Shown: positions 51,389 through 64,000 of the stretch, one piece after another
Numbering within the stretch: the stretch's first letter is position 1
How the letters are laid out: every line of letters begins with the position of its first letter
DNA from: Moniliella sp. 'wahieum'
Taxonomy: Eukaryota
Direction: 5' to 3'
Length of the DNA: 64,000 nt
NCBI GenBank assembly: GCA_003971905.1
Contig: RSEE01000005.1
Location: forward strand, 620,001-684,000
The notes under the pieces: generated by a model
What the model saw: the letters and a program-made list of their open reading frames with translations, nothing else
The model's database searches: none
Told to the model about the DNA's origin: nothing
Translations under genes and position numbers: made by a program

Positions 51389-52265
51389 TGTCACGGGCGG
51401 GCGCCGCCAGGGGCCCGCCCTGGGGTTTTTGGGGTACAATCCCTTAGGCGACGGTAGGTCGACTCACGGTAGTTTCGGGCTTAGGCTGGTTTGTGTCCGA
51501 GCGGAGCTAGGGACGAGGAGAGGCCTTTGGTGGGGCGGCTGCACGTGTGGCAAGGCTGCGTCTGCACCGGCTTGGGCCGTAGTAACGTGTCTGAAGCCTC
51601 CGGGACTTAGGGACGGGAGGAGGCAGCGGCGGACAAACACTGCCTTAACTGAGACTGGGAATCGCCGCGACCGAAGGAGGGCTCGCGCGATTGGACTGAC
51701 GAAGGGCTGGAGGACGAGGTCGGAGGAGAAGTCGGACGCTAACAAGAAGAGCTGCCTGTACTGGATCAATTGGCTGGAAACGGGCAGGAGTCGGACAGGA
51801 TGGGCGGGAAAGGGACGAAGGTGGAGACGAGAGATGACGAGAGGATGACGAGAGGATGACGAGAGGATGACGAGAATGGAAGGTGGGGGAAAAGATCCCC
51901 ATCAACCAGGGGTACAGGCAGGATCAAAAGGGAAACGGATACAAGAGGGGGTGTAGAAAGGAAGACATGTCAAAAGCGGGGTTGGTCGCCGCAGGCGCGA
52001 CCGAGAAAGGAAACGGAAACGGGGACGGGACGGCAGATGCCGCCACGGCACTGGAAGCTCGGTGGCCTTATTTAGGCCGGCCGACTTGGACTTGGGCGGG
52101 GGGCGACTATTGTCGCGCGGAGCATGGCCCTTCGGCCACGATACTTGATTTAGCCAACCATCATCACACTTGGTTGGCCTGCGGAGCACGCTCTACTGGG
52201 CATGTGCGGAGCAGGCGGGCCTTAGCTTGGGTCGGACCATCTCGTGTCCGCCGCAGCCCGTGACA
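51389..52265 (-). repeat. 5' LTR (877 bp)
   Basis: Partner of 48892-49767; only two small indel differences seen by eye. Confidence 0.92.
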
Positions 52266-53703
52266 CTGGAGCTGAAATCATAGGAACCAATGTGCGGTGG
52301 GGATCAGGAATGGAGGTGGACCACACGTTGCGCAACACGGGCGCGCAGGAGGGGCAGAGCGCGCACTGGAAGGTACATGAGAGCACTGCGACACCTTTGC
52401 GACGCCGGGAGAAGAGCTGCTTCGGCTGCTGGAACAAGCAGAATGCAACAAAAAGAACAGCAAGTACCAGGCACGCACCGAAGAACCGTTTTTCCCCATG
52501 GTGTTGACGCCGCGAGGATACTATGCCAACAGACAGCGGGCAATATGCTTGGGAACTGGAAGGATGTGACTACTGCCTCTCAATGAAGATGGTTCACCGC
52601 TCGTGTCTTCCACGTTCATCCGTTTCCACACGCGCTTTTTCCGCGGGGGTATGGGAACGGATGGCGGGCACCCGAGGGTCCTGATCCCCTGGCGATCCCC
52701 CTGGGTCCTTAAGCGGGGTTGGCGCTATCAAGCAGCACGCGCAGGATAAACGGGTCGGTTTAGACACAGCGTTTCTTTGTCCAGTCTTAAGCTCTGTCAA
52801 TGTTACACCCTCCGCGACCAGATCGATATATAGGAGTTACATACTATACATCCCGGCGCCCTCTGCCTACGATTTGGGACAACCATCCTATATATAGCCA
52901 GTACTGTCTTTTGCGCCTATGATGTTTTGCCGCCACCACGCACGAAGAACTTAATTTCCGTTGCCGAGGCTCTAGGTACTTCGAACCCAACAGCAGCGAG
53001 AAATCGATTGGAAAGAGAAAGCGGGGAACGAGGTGGTAGTTGGGAGAAAGAGATCAGAGTGCCACGAACATGCGTGAGAGAAACTGTGGGGTCTGTGGGG
53101 TCTGCAGTGCACATCGCAGCCTAGAGTGGCTTAGCCCTTGACCCATAGCGATCGTAATGATCGAGTAGCATCGACATGGGCCCGCATTATCATAGGTCTT
53201 AAGTGTCGGCGACACTGGCATCCGATTGGGTTGCTCGTGCCTGGCTTGAGCGAAAGAACCAAAGCCACAGGCAGCGAGGTGTGCTACGGGGAAGGAAGAG
53301 GGAAGCTGGCAAATGTATTAGATCGTGCCATCACGAAGGGGCCCGGGGCAGGGCAGTTTACTCGGCCTGGGAGGAGAGATATCCAACAGGGGGGGTGAGG
53401 AGGCAAGTGAGTGCGATCAACGTTCAACTTCAACATGGAGGCAGAAAGTGCATGCAAATAAGGGGGGGGAGTAAGACTACTTCGGAGGAGGAGGACAGAG
53501 AGAGAGTGTGTGTGTGTGTCGGGGGGGGGGGGGGGTAAACGCCCGCTTCTGGTTCGGTGCGGGAAAATGGGCGAGGAGGGCAAAGGAGTGCGCCGCGCGG
53601 GGAATGAGAAATGAGATCGGAGAGCCGCCTGCACCGGTCTGGTGCCAACACCTTGCAATGGGCGTCCCGCACGAGCAAGAGCAAGAGCAGAAGGGGGCAG
53701 CGA

Positions 53704-55461
53704 CTAGGTTGGACGAGGTGGCAAAGGGGGTAACTCGGGCGGCTTGGGTGCTTGGGGCGAAACACTTTCGTCCCCCTCGGTTCGTTCTGCCACCTCGTCC
53801 TCTTCAATCAACTCTTCCAGGAAGATGCGCATCGGCTGGCCTTCCTCCACCTCGTCCACCACGATCCCATTCTCGATTCTCGGGCGTCGGTTGGCCGAGG
53901 GCGGCGCGGCTGGCTTGGCTGGTTCGGCTCGAGGCTTCCATGTCCTTGACCACCAGCCCGGCCCGGACCCGGACCCCCGCCGCGTCGCCGTTTGTACTCG
54001 GTTCGCCCGGCTTGGGCGAGACAGGCTCGGCGACAGCCGCGGACCCAGCCAGAGCTGTCGTCACATTCTCAGCGTCCCCGCCAGCGGGGGCAAACATCAT
54101 GCCAAAGATCGAGGAGCGTTTGGCGTGGCGCGGAGTGGGAGCGGCGGCTGGGGCGGCATCTTGCACCCCAGTGTCGGAATTTGTCGCCGGTTCGGTATCG
54201 GGGGCCGAGGCGGTGGCGTGCGACGAGGCGTCGCCAGCCATCAACAACGTGCCCAATTTGCCACCCCACCCACGGAGGGTGTCCGCGGCAGGACGAGCGG
54301 TCTCGTGGGCGGGCTTGGAAGGACTGCTAGACAAGGTAGCATGCGAGGAGGGTGCCGTCGAACTCGTAGGTGCATTGTGGGCCAAGGTGGAGGTGACCGA
54401 TTGCTGCCATCGCTGGCGCAAGAGGTCCAACTCGGCCTCTTGCTTCTTCACTTCCTCTTTCAAGTCCAACAGCGTGCGTTCCCGCGCCGCAATCTCGCTC
54501 AACAAATCGTGGCTGCGAGAAACGAGCGTATCCCCCTCGGACGTGGCTTGGCGCACGGGTTGAGGAGCGAATCGGGGTTGGGCTGCGCCGGCGCAGGAGG
54601 CAAGAGGCTCCGCCGCGCGGTCATTGAGCTGGAGCGAGAAGGCGTGGGACTGGGCAGGTCGTTGGCGCCCGGCGCGAGGCCAAACGTGCCATTTGCGCCG
54701 GTACCGGCACCGGAACGGGTATAACGGAGCGAGGAAGCGCGTCCGCCTAACCGGCCCGAAGCGCTCGCGGTGGATGAGGTGGACGGTGTCCGTGTCAGTC
54801 CGGTCCGGACGCGGGACCAGCCGGGTCCGTCGGCAAGGCCCGCAGGATCTGTGCGGACGAGTTGCCCGTCAGAAGTGACATGTACCGAGGAGGAGCGCGA
54901 CAGCGGCGGTGCGCCCGACACGTAGTTCAGGCTGCTGCGGTGCGAGGCAGAGCGCGCACTTCGTTGCGACGGTTTCGCCCCATTGCCGAGCGCTGGGACA
55001 GGGTCCGTTGCACCACCCGCTCCTCGGGGCCGGGTGCCTTGGGAGGGGAAGGAACAGAGGGAAGCACCGCAGGTTCGGGGGGGCAGGCGCAGGTGAGGGG
55101 CTGGCACTGAGGCTGGCGCTCAGACTGGGCTGGGGCTGGGGCTGCGGCTGAGACTAGGACTGCGGCTGCGGCTGCGGCTGCGGTTGGACGACGCCCAGGG
55201 CCAGATGGAAAGGCAGAGAGGGGGTATCCTTTTCCCTGGAGCGCTGTGGGGGTGTAGGAGGAGGAGCGGGGGGGGCAGTCGGGGTCGGGGTCGGGGTCGG
55301 GGTCGAGCGCGAGGCTGGTGGCAGAGCTGGCGGCGGCGGACACCTGGTCGCTGGGGTGTCGGAGGAGCTGTCCTTGGAGCGCTGGTGGCTGCGTGTGTGG
55401 GCCGCAGGGGTGGTGGCGGTGGGGGGCGGGATGCGGTCGGGCGGGCGGCGGCGGGCGGCAT
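53704..55461 (-). CDS. Fungal coiled-coil protein, possibly DUF4048-like; ends approximate
   Basis: Coiled coil HDLLSEIAARERTLLDLKEEVKKQEAELDLLRQRWQ within Ser/Pro-rich ORFs joined by frameshifts. Confidence 0.5.
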
Positions 55462-56111
55462 GGGGAGAGTGGTGGTGGGGGGAGCACGAAGGCGGATGGA
55501 GGCGTGGGGTGCGGGAGCGTGCGCGATGGATGGATGAGCTGCTGCTGCTGCGCTGCCGCAGAGCCAGCGTGTTCCACACGCCACACGTCACGCGTCACGT
55601 GTCACCGCCTCACCACGCCACTGCTGCTCCTGCCCGCTCCAGCGCGGCAGGGGGCAGTGGGCGGCGCCGCGCCATGCTGTGGTCCGCGCAGGCTTTGAAA
55701 TTGCAGCGGCTGCCGTGCGACTGGTGCCATGCACGGTCCATGCCCTTCGGCATGAATATTGAATGCGCTGCTGCTGCCCGCGTGCCGCCGCCGCAGCCCC
55801 GCCGCAGCCGCGCGTTTGGCAAGCGACGACGCTCCACCGGCTGTCCCCGTCTGCAGCCCAGCCGCTCGGCAGCAGCCAACGTGCCTGCCACCCACGTGCG
55901 CCGCCTTCCCCTTGCACGCGGCATGTCCTCCGCCCCTCTGTCCCCCTGCCGGATACGAGCACGCAGCAATGCATCGAGCTACAATGATTAATGATGTTGA
56001 TGTGTGGGCGAGAAGAAACATAAACAAGCGTGTGGGACAAGGAGCGCAGGGCAAGAAGGGAGGGAGGAAAGACAATTCAGCTTGCTAGTCCAGCAAACAA
56101 GCAAGCAAGCA

Positions 56112-57980
56112 TCACATGGTCCAAACATAGGACGACAGGCCGGGCTCGAAGCGGAGGTCGGCTGTGCGTTGGTTCAGCGCGACGGTCATGGTCGTCTGGT
56201 TGTTGCACGAGTTTTCGACCACCAGGCCGTAGCGGGTTGCGGTCCGGTTCCATGGCGCGGAGAACGCAAGGGCCTCGCCACAGGACTGGCCCTTGGCCAT
56301 CGTCGCGTTCATCGACGTGGCCGGCCCGCCGCCAAAGCGGGTGAGGTCGGACGAGGCAACGGCCATGTGCTGCATCATGATGCTCTGCAGGCTCGGCTGG
56401 ACCGACGTGGGGTCAATTTCGATTGTGCCCTTGCAATTTTGGCACACGGTCGAGCCCAAGTGCGGGCCATAGTTGCTGTTGAGCGCCAGGTTCCAGACCA
56501 GGATCGAACTAAAGTTGTGCGAAAGCATAGGGAAAAAGATATTCTGCGACCACCAACGGAAGTTGTCGACATTGGTCGACGTCGTGGCCTGCCCCGAGCA
56601 TTCGTCATGGCCATGCGCAAGTTGGCAGCTTGGTTCCCAAGCGCATTCCGCAACGTTTGGGCACCCTCCCAGCTTCCATTGTAGCAGTGCCACGAGATGC
56701 CATCGACGCTGGACGCGTTCTGCTTGACGATAGTCTCGGCCGCATCAGAGTGCACAAAGTCGTCCTCCAGCCCCCAGAGGAGCGTGTCACCGTACCCCAG
56801 CTCGCCCAGCCGGCCCCGCTGTTGAGCAGCTGGATTTGCAGGCCCGTTGCCATCACCATCGAAGGGTACGGCATCGAGTTAAATGGTTCGTTTTGCACCG
56901 CCAACGCCCACGGTTTAACCCCGACCGCCGTGTGGAACGCTTGGACGGAGCGGGCCAAGTACTCGGCCAAGAGCGAGGTCATCCCATTGCTGAGCGAACC
57001 GCCATTGACATTATCGTTGCTCTTCATCCAGGCCGGCGGCGACCAGGGCAGGATGCTGATTTTGATCGTCGGGTTGACCGCCAAAATGTCGCGCAGGACG
57101 GGGAAATGTAAGTGTTGGCGCCCTTGGTGGTGAACTTGGACAGCAGATCGGACGAGGTGCCTTGGTGATCGGCAAAGGTATAGGTCTGGTCGGGCAAGCT
57201 GTAATCCGATGCGCCAATCGGGACGCGGATGATGTTGAGTCCCGAACGACGATTGAAGAGCGAGTGGAGCGTGCTGTTGTACACACTCGTATTGCTCGTC
57301 TTGATCTGCATCAAGAGCGACGCACTGGCGTCAGTCAGCGACGCGCCAAAGCCATCAATCGGCGTATTGGCGCAGTGTGGATCACAATGTCGGCCGCACT
57401 GGTGTTGGTTCCGTTCCAGTGGAGCGTAAGTGGTGTCCATTCGAATGGGTTGGTCAGGGCGTCGTACGGAGACTGTCCACCCGCACAAAAAAATGATCAG
57501 TTTTCCCCATTGGGTCTGGCGAGCAGAAGGGGGATCCAGGTCGGTACGTACGGTGTAATAGCCACTCTCCAGCATCCCAGCCTGCGAATCGTCCTGGCCG
57601 GGCGGAACGGCAACTTGGTTGCCGCCGGGAAGTCCGAAGGCATAGGAGACTTGCTTGTTTTTGTGTGCTTCTTCAGTCCGGCACCGAGACCTGCACCAAG
57701 CTGGAGACGGCAAAAAGATCAATGTTAGAGCTAGAAAAGAGGTGGGGGGGGGGGGGTGATCGGTCCGATCCATCACATAGATGGTCGGTACCAATGCTTA
57801 CTGCAACGGCCAAAACAACAACGACAGCGACGAGGGTGACAAGTGGCCAGAAGAAGCGGGAGCGGCGGCGGGCTGGGGCTTAGACTCGGGCACCTCGGCG
57901 GGGGCGTAGAGGGGCGTGGTAGTGACCTTGCTCTCGAAGGGCGTGCCGGTAGAGTATGCGAGTGTCGACGCGGAAGCCAT
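56112..57980 (-). CDS. GH30 glycoside hydrolase (beta-1,6-glucanase/glucosylceramidase-like) with N-terminal membrane anchor
   Basis: GFGASLTDASA, IIRVPIGASDYS, PWSPPAWMK, LAVQNEP (acid/base Glu), GISWHCY, LVWNLALN. Hydrophobic VTLVAVVVVLAVA before intron 57701-57801. Confidence 0.88.
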
Positions 57981-58241
57981 GGCCAGGATCAGAAGGGTTA
58001 CTCAGACGGGCAAGGTGGGCTGGGCAAAAGGCTAAGGACGCAGCGCTGAGATGCGCCGGGGCGGACGGTGTACAGTCGCAGGGAAGGCGCGCGTGGGTCT
58101 AGAAGGCGGCGGCAGGCGGGACGAGGCGGGATGAAGCAAAGGAGAAAAAAAGTGGGGGTGGGTGGGTGGGTGGGAGAGATGGCGTAGGCGAGTCCGAGTA
58201 CCGCTCGAGAATAAGCGTACTCAGACTGATACTGACTAGCT

Positions 58242-58283
58242 ACTGACTAGTGACTAGTGACTAGTGACTAGTGACTAGTGACT
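58242..58283. repeat. Heptamer array (TGACTAG)n
   Basis: About 5-6 units upstream of the GH30 gene. Confidence 0.9.
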
Positions 58284-61200
58284 GGCACTGAGGGCTGTAC
58301 TGAGGGCTGTACTGAGTGCTGTACTGATGTGCAGGTGGTGGGTCGGACATACTGACACTGTGCAGCCGAGGCAAGAGGGGGCAGGTGGGTGGCGCGGCGG
58401 CAGCCCAGCAGAAACCGAGAGCGGGAGCCACGATGCATGAGCCATGTGCTGAGGCGCTGAGGAACTGCGCTGGCGCTCATGCACTCATGCACTCATGCAC
58501 TCATGCTTCAAGTGAAGCTTCAAGCGGGCCGCTGCGACGGGGGGCGGCGCAGTGCCTGGGTGTGGCTGGTGAGCCGCAGCGTGCATGCGATCTGAGAGTT
58601 TGCGGCTGCGGTGTGCGGCAGCAGACTGGTGCGCTGCCTCCCGGCTGCTCGCTCGTGGATCGCCCCTACCGACTACAGCAGCCCCTGCAGAGCGCCAGCT
58701 GACAAAATAACCGTCCGGGGGGCTGCTGGTGCTGCACAAGCCCCATGACCCCATGCGCTGCACAGGATGGTGCCCGCGACGCCACACATATCGGCAAGGC
58801 CAAGGGCGCCACGCCAGTGCGGTGCGCTTGTCTCCGGTACTTGGCATAGATTGCCCCCCTTTTGCGCCGCGCTTACCTGTACATCATGCATCACAGCACC
58901 ATGTCACGCCCACGCCCCATTGCGTCCCATTTCCATCACAGTGGGAATGGGACAGGCGCTTGCTGATCGTGCGCGTGATCGATGATCGACGATGGCCGAT
59001 GGTCGATGCTCGGGCCCTTGCAGCCCTTGCTGCAACGGGGCAGTCTTGGGCAGTCTCTCACCGGCATCACACGGTCTGTTGCACCTCGCATCTCACATGT
59101 CACATCACATTCACATACATCACATCCTCACGTCGGAAGTGGCCGGTGCGAGTGCCTGATAGGCGGTTGCGATCGGGGAGATCTGAGATCTCTTGGAGCA
59201 CCTAGCCCGAACGCTGGGTTGCAGTCCCAGAGCACTGGCAACCGGTAACCGGTAACGCGCAAGGCCTAACGAGACTACCTCCACTGGTCACCTTGTCACA
59301 TGTAGACCTGCATCTGCTGTGACATAATTGTGATCCATCATCTCAGATCTCATCCGACTCTCGTTTTTTGTGTCTCCGTCGTGGACAGACTCGATCCTCT
59401 GTTGGAATATACATCACCAACATCTCTCTTTCTTGTCGCCGTCAAGTATGCCACCGGCACACTTTCGGTTGCAACACCTGTCTGGTCGCGTCCGCGTCCG
59501 CGTCATTGCCCTTCAAAACAGATACAACCCGCTCGACGCGATGGTCGCATTGTTGTGTTATACACTGCACCACATGCGGCAATGGAGGCCAGAGGCCCAG
59601 AGATGGAGGTGCTGGCGGCACGGGGAATGCAGTCTGGTTACCTGTTACCTGGGGCTCTCTCCACCCCGCATGGAAAACGCATTTCGTCTCAATCAATCCC
59701 TTGCTTTTGTTGCTCCTGTCTTCATTGCGTCGGAGGCTCTCTATAGACAACACTGGGACCACACCTCTGCAACGACGCCGGGGGGCAGCAACCGGAGAAT
59801 GCGGGGAACTTCCCTTGGGCCTCGCCCTGCCCGACTGGCTTCGCGTTGCTAGTCAATGGATGAAGGATGGCGAAACGCACAGGATTATTCCCTCTCTCTC
59901 ATCATTGTTCCTCCGGAGCTCTGTGGAAGATGCACAGAATACGTTTGGTACACGTATAATTTTGCAAAGAGGGTAGCTGAACCCCCCCCCCCCCCGTTTC
60001 ACTTTTGATGCTAATGATTCTATTCCCCTTTTCGCTTGTGCGCATATAGCCCCACCGGGAGGTATTTTACACGTTGGTGAGCTCCGCTACGTTGACCACC
60101 AGTGGTCAAGAGCCCATCTACCTTCAGTGACACGCGTGGCCCGTGGTCCGATACGCAGTGCATCGGGGCAGTGCGTCCCGGACCCTCCACGAGCTTCTAC
60201 TGACCTCTGAGCCAGGTGCCCATCACGGCCCATATAGGCCAAGCTCTCCTTCGCTCTGGAATACCACCTCCATTCCCCATCGCCAGCATCGCTAGTAGCT
60301 AAGCCCATGACGTGCTGTGTGACTGAGCTGTCGATGGGCCCATCTTTCGATACGTGCGGGGCCCGGTACACAACGGAGTATCCCGCGTTAAACGAGGGTT
60401 AACCGGTATATATGCAATGTGTTTCTATTCGACTGCACGTGCCAGCCAAGAGAATCATTGATGGATGGGCAGGGTGTGTGTATACCGCCAAATGACTGGT
60501 TGTTGCTAGAGTGCGACTTGGGAGCACTCGCGATCCTACGGATCAGCTGCAAAGCAGCCTTTAGACAAGGAGTGAAGGCAAAGTGGTGAGCCACACCAGT
60601 CTTCAAGCAACGTCTGAAGGGAAGGATAAAGGAGAGAGAGATGGGAGATGGAGCGAGCAGGGCGTGCGCGGCCTGCGAGCGGAACTCTTCCGCCCGGCTA
60701 AGCGAGCGTCATCGATCCATTGAGGGCCGTGCAGGGGAACCCTAGTACTACCCTCTAAGATCTAACAGTCGTGTTGTTCTATGCCCTTTGCACTTTGCCA
60801 TTCCTACACACCTCTTCGCCCTCCATGACGTATGCGCATAAAACGGTGAACGTTACTGTCACAGTCGGGGCTGAGGGAGGGAGACCGGAGTCGAGACTAG
60901 GCAAAGGGTGTTCCCATCGTTCATGGGGAAGAAGTAAGAGCAGAGGACCTGGTGCGACGCGGAACAACAGCGAAGGAGCGAGACGCTCGGGACGAAGAGA
61001 CTTGGAAATGGGAGCGAGGTCAGACAAACTATTATGACAGTTACCTTTTGGACGTTGAACGCGGCAGTAGTGCATAATTTTGTAACGCACAAGGCATACC
61101 GTGTAACATGTATGTCCTAACGCGTAATGCACAAAACACCTGAAACACTCCTGCCGAGAGTCGCCACTCTTTCCTGGGACGTTTGCCCAGAGCTGTGGTA

Positions 61201-62099
61201 GCTGCTGTGGTATTTTACAGACTGCAGCAGTCTGAAGGCGGCTTCAAGCTTCAAGCTTCATGCGTCCGCGTCACGCGTCAGGCTCAGGCTGAGGTGACGC
61301 TGTGGGCCGCTGATGCACTGATGGCGCTGATGCACTGATGTACTGATGGGAGATGGGCACTGTAATGCATGTAATGAGTCCATGGCTCGCTCAGCTGCAT
61401 GTGATAGCGGTTCCAGGGATATAACTCGGGATAGGTGTCCCAGTACGTTTTGCTCTTGAGGTTCTCCACCCCCAAAATAATCCGGTTTTCTCTCTCTCTT
61501 CCGGTCTTAGTAACACTTTTGCTGTCAGCTTGAGCGTCAATACTGAAGTTGAATGTTGAGCCATTGAACCGATGAACCTAACGTTGTCAGCATCTGAGTA
61601 CTCAGCCGCGGAGGTGAGCTGCTAGTGACACCCACCGATACCCACCGATACCTATTATCGAGAGCGGAAACATGGATCGGGCGTTGCTGCATTCTTTGCA
61701 GCTGTTGTTCCAGAGACGAACGCGCCATCAGCAAGTCGCAAAGTGGCGACGAGCTGGAATCCGCCGGAATCCGCTGCAATCTGATACAGGTCTCAGTCCT
61801 TGTTCCAGGATCCTACTAGCTACTCCCCTCCCATCCAGCACGAAACCTGGCGGCCAACGTGGACCGCGGATTTGGCGGATCATCGATCATTAATCATCTC
61901 GATCCATGAATATTGAATGAGGCCAATGGGAACACATGTGGGATGGTACGGACTACCACTGGCTCCGGCTTAGGGCAAGGATCTGATTGCGAGAGCCGAG
62001 CAGCGCTCGCACGTGGGCCGCCCAAAAGCGCCCAGCGCTGCTCTCCGCTCCGCAATAAGGTACTAGTTGCTGTAATAGGCCCTAGGCAAGATGATAAAT

Positions 62100-62142
62100 T
62101 GCATGATGCATGATGCATGATGCATGATGCATGATGCATGAT
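62100..62142. repeat. Heptamer array (TGCATGA)n
   Basis: Six perfect units. Confidence 0.9.
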
Positions 62143-63383
62143 AGGCTCCCTCTGCCCGAACCCGGAGCATGTGACTGGCCGGATGCCGGTGCCAGCGACC
62201 AGGGTCTTCCGCCCGGCATCTGGCTCGGCAAGGGGTCCACACCGCACACCGAAGCCCTGCCGAAACTTGCCGATGCGGGCTACCACGGGCCACTGCACGG
62301 GGGGGCAGTCAGTGCGCTTGGCGCCAGGCTGCGCAGCAGCGCTGAGCGCACGCAGCTTGGCGTTCCATTATCGCCTGCTTTTCATGCTTGGGCCGAGGCC
62401 GAGCGCTGAGCAGGGGGCTCTCTTGCGAACAGCCCATGCGGCTGCGCAAGGCTGTGCGCACCGAGGGCCACAGCGCGAGGCAGGCGCAGAGGTCCACCGT
62501 CGATCCTGTCATGGTCTTTCTCCTACAGCAGGTGGCTTCTGCCCAACAGGGGCACCTGCCAGACGCAGATAGCATGGGCAAGAGCATGGGGAGCGAAGTG
62601 GCAAGGAAGGGAAGGGAGGAGAGAAGCGCGAGCGGCGCGACAGGGAAGCAGCAAGCAATTTCCGCGGGGGAAGAGGGTGCGCGGGTGTGCGTGCGGTTGG
62701 ACATGGGATGGGCCTGCGAGTGGCTGCTGGTTGTGACGTGACGTGTGACGCCCACGCATGAGTACCACGGATAGAGTACCTGAATGGGGTGAGCGTGAGC
62801 ACGGGCGCTGGGCACTGCGGCGCGGAGGCAGACGAGGGCAGGCACGCAGGAGCAGGATGCCGAGGCAGGCTGCTGGCATCCCAGACAAGGGGAGCTGCGA
62901 GCGCCTGGTATGTGGGGGCGGAGCGCAGACGCTGCTAGGGACGGGGGCCGGCGAAGGCTTGGCGTGGCGCCGAACAGGTGGTGGCATGCGGGAGCTCGGC
63001 AGCGCCTGTGTTGCTCTGGTGGGTGCTAGTAGCATGCCGCCGCAGCCGTCCGAGCCCACGGGCACTGCGGCACCAGCCCACACTCGGCCACTGGCGCCCG
63101 CTCGCTTGCTCGACGCTCGAGCGCACGCTGCGGCACTGCGCAGCTGGCCTCGGCGCCCAGCCGGCAGGGCTGCTACTCGGCAGTACACTGTACAGCAAGC
63201 ACGCCAACCCAGCCCGCGGCTTCGGACGAGCGCTGCCGTCTCTGTCGTGTGCCTGGCCACAGGGCTGGGGTAGCAGGAATGGCCTCCCATGCCACTACCC
63301 TCTCCCGCTCCCTCCCCCTCCACCCCCCAGCACCACCAGCACCACCACCACCCGCCCGTCTTCTCTCCCTCTCCTTCCCTCGC

Positions 63384-64000
63384 ATGTCAGTCACCCGGGC
63401 ACAATGGACCAGCCAATTAGACCAGGCCCTGGTCGAGGCCTTTGCACAAAACACCCCTCTGTCCCAGTCGGTCCTCCTCGGGCCGCAACAGCTTTTGGCC
63501 CGCCGTGGCCCGGGCCATGCCACTGCCCATCCCCGCCAACCACGAGGACGAGCGGGAGCTGTGCGATTCGCTCCGGCATCGACTCAAGCGTCTGCGTCAA
63601 TACGCCGCTCAAATCCATCGTCTCCTCACTCACCCAGCCCAGCTCTTTGTCTGGGACCCCGTCTCCTTCAAGGTTCTCCCTTCCCCCAGCACCCCCACTG
63701 GGCCATCGGATGACACAGCCTGGGCCTGCATCGGCAATGCGACACTGCGCCATCGTCTGCGCCATTCCACCTTCCCCTGGTACCCACGCCTGGTGTTACT
63801 GCTGGATGACGAGGATCGTCGCACAGCACCCTCGCTTTGTCTCTCTCTTCCTTCCTCCGTATCCACCGAGGTAGGGAGCGAGCCATCGGCTCCCAGCTCG
63901 CTGGCTGCCGTTATTGCCTCGCCTGAAGCTTCGAGCTCAGCGCAGAGGGGGCGTAAACGCCGTGCCACCACCGCCTCCTCCTCCGCCTCCTTGTCCTCGA
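63384..64000 (+). CDS. 5' part of an unidentified gene running off the window
   Basis: ATG after a CT-rich leader, MSVTRAQWTSQLDQALVEAFAQN, continuing in a shifted frame to the window edge. Confidence 0.35.

Larger units (their letters stand above)
48892..52265 (-). mobile_element. Non-autonomous LTR retrotransposon, intact with 5-bp TSD
   Basis: Direct repeats 48892-49767 and 51389-52265, each TGTCACGGGC...GCCCGTGACA. TSD CTGGA at 48887-48891 and 52266-52270. PPT-like GAAGAGGAG (49773-49781, minus) and PBS-like AATGGAAGGT (51378-51387, minus) set the orientation. No RT or integrase motifs seen. Confidence 0.92.

Noticed and set aside
48892..52265. Direct repeat as an assembly duplication
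   Set aside because: TG..CA ends, terminal inverted repeats, an exact TSD and PBS/PPT positions all fit a genuine LTR insertion.
233..57980. Frameshifts in almost all genes read as pseudogenisation or programmed frameshifting
   Set aside because: They hit conserved housekeeping genes (ADE12, UBR1, GLT1, peroxiredoxin) uniformly while motifs stay intact, which is typical of long-read indel errors.

Overview
Eukaryotic, GC-rich fungal DNA with short GT-AG spliceosomal introns. Gene content and style suggest a basidiomycete, possibly Ustilaginomycotina (inference). Nearly every gene carries scattered 1-nt frameshifts, most likely uncorrected long-read errors, so CDS ends are approximate. Recognisable genes: a thioredoxin, a DH/RhoGEF protein, NADH-glutamate synthase GLT1, adenylosuccinate synthetase, SDH4/CybS, a Rax2-like protein with SH3, UBR1, a 2-Cys peroxiredoxin, a bZIP factor and a GH30 hydrolase. 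Three highlights: (1) GLT1 contains a ~570-aa intein with a two-motif LAGLIDADG homing endonuclease, inserted inside the [3Fe-4S] Cys motif, and the intein coding sequence is itself interrupted by a stop-containing spliceosomal intron. (2) A young, intact 3.37-kb LTR element (876/877-bp LTRs, CTGGA target-site duplication) has no gag-pol, an apparent Tf1-like self-priming site and an internal 54-bp tandem array. (3) Intergenic DNA repeatedly shows 7-bp-period arrays of TCA plus a 4-bp palindrome.
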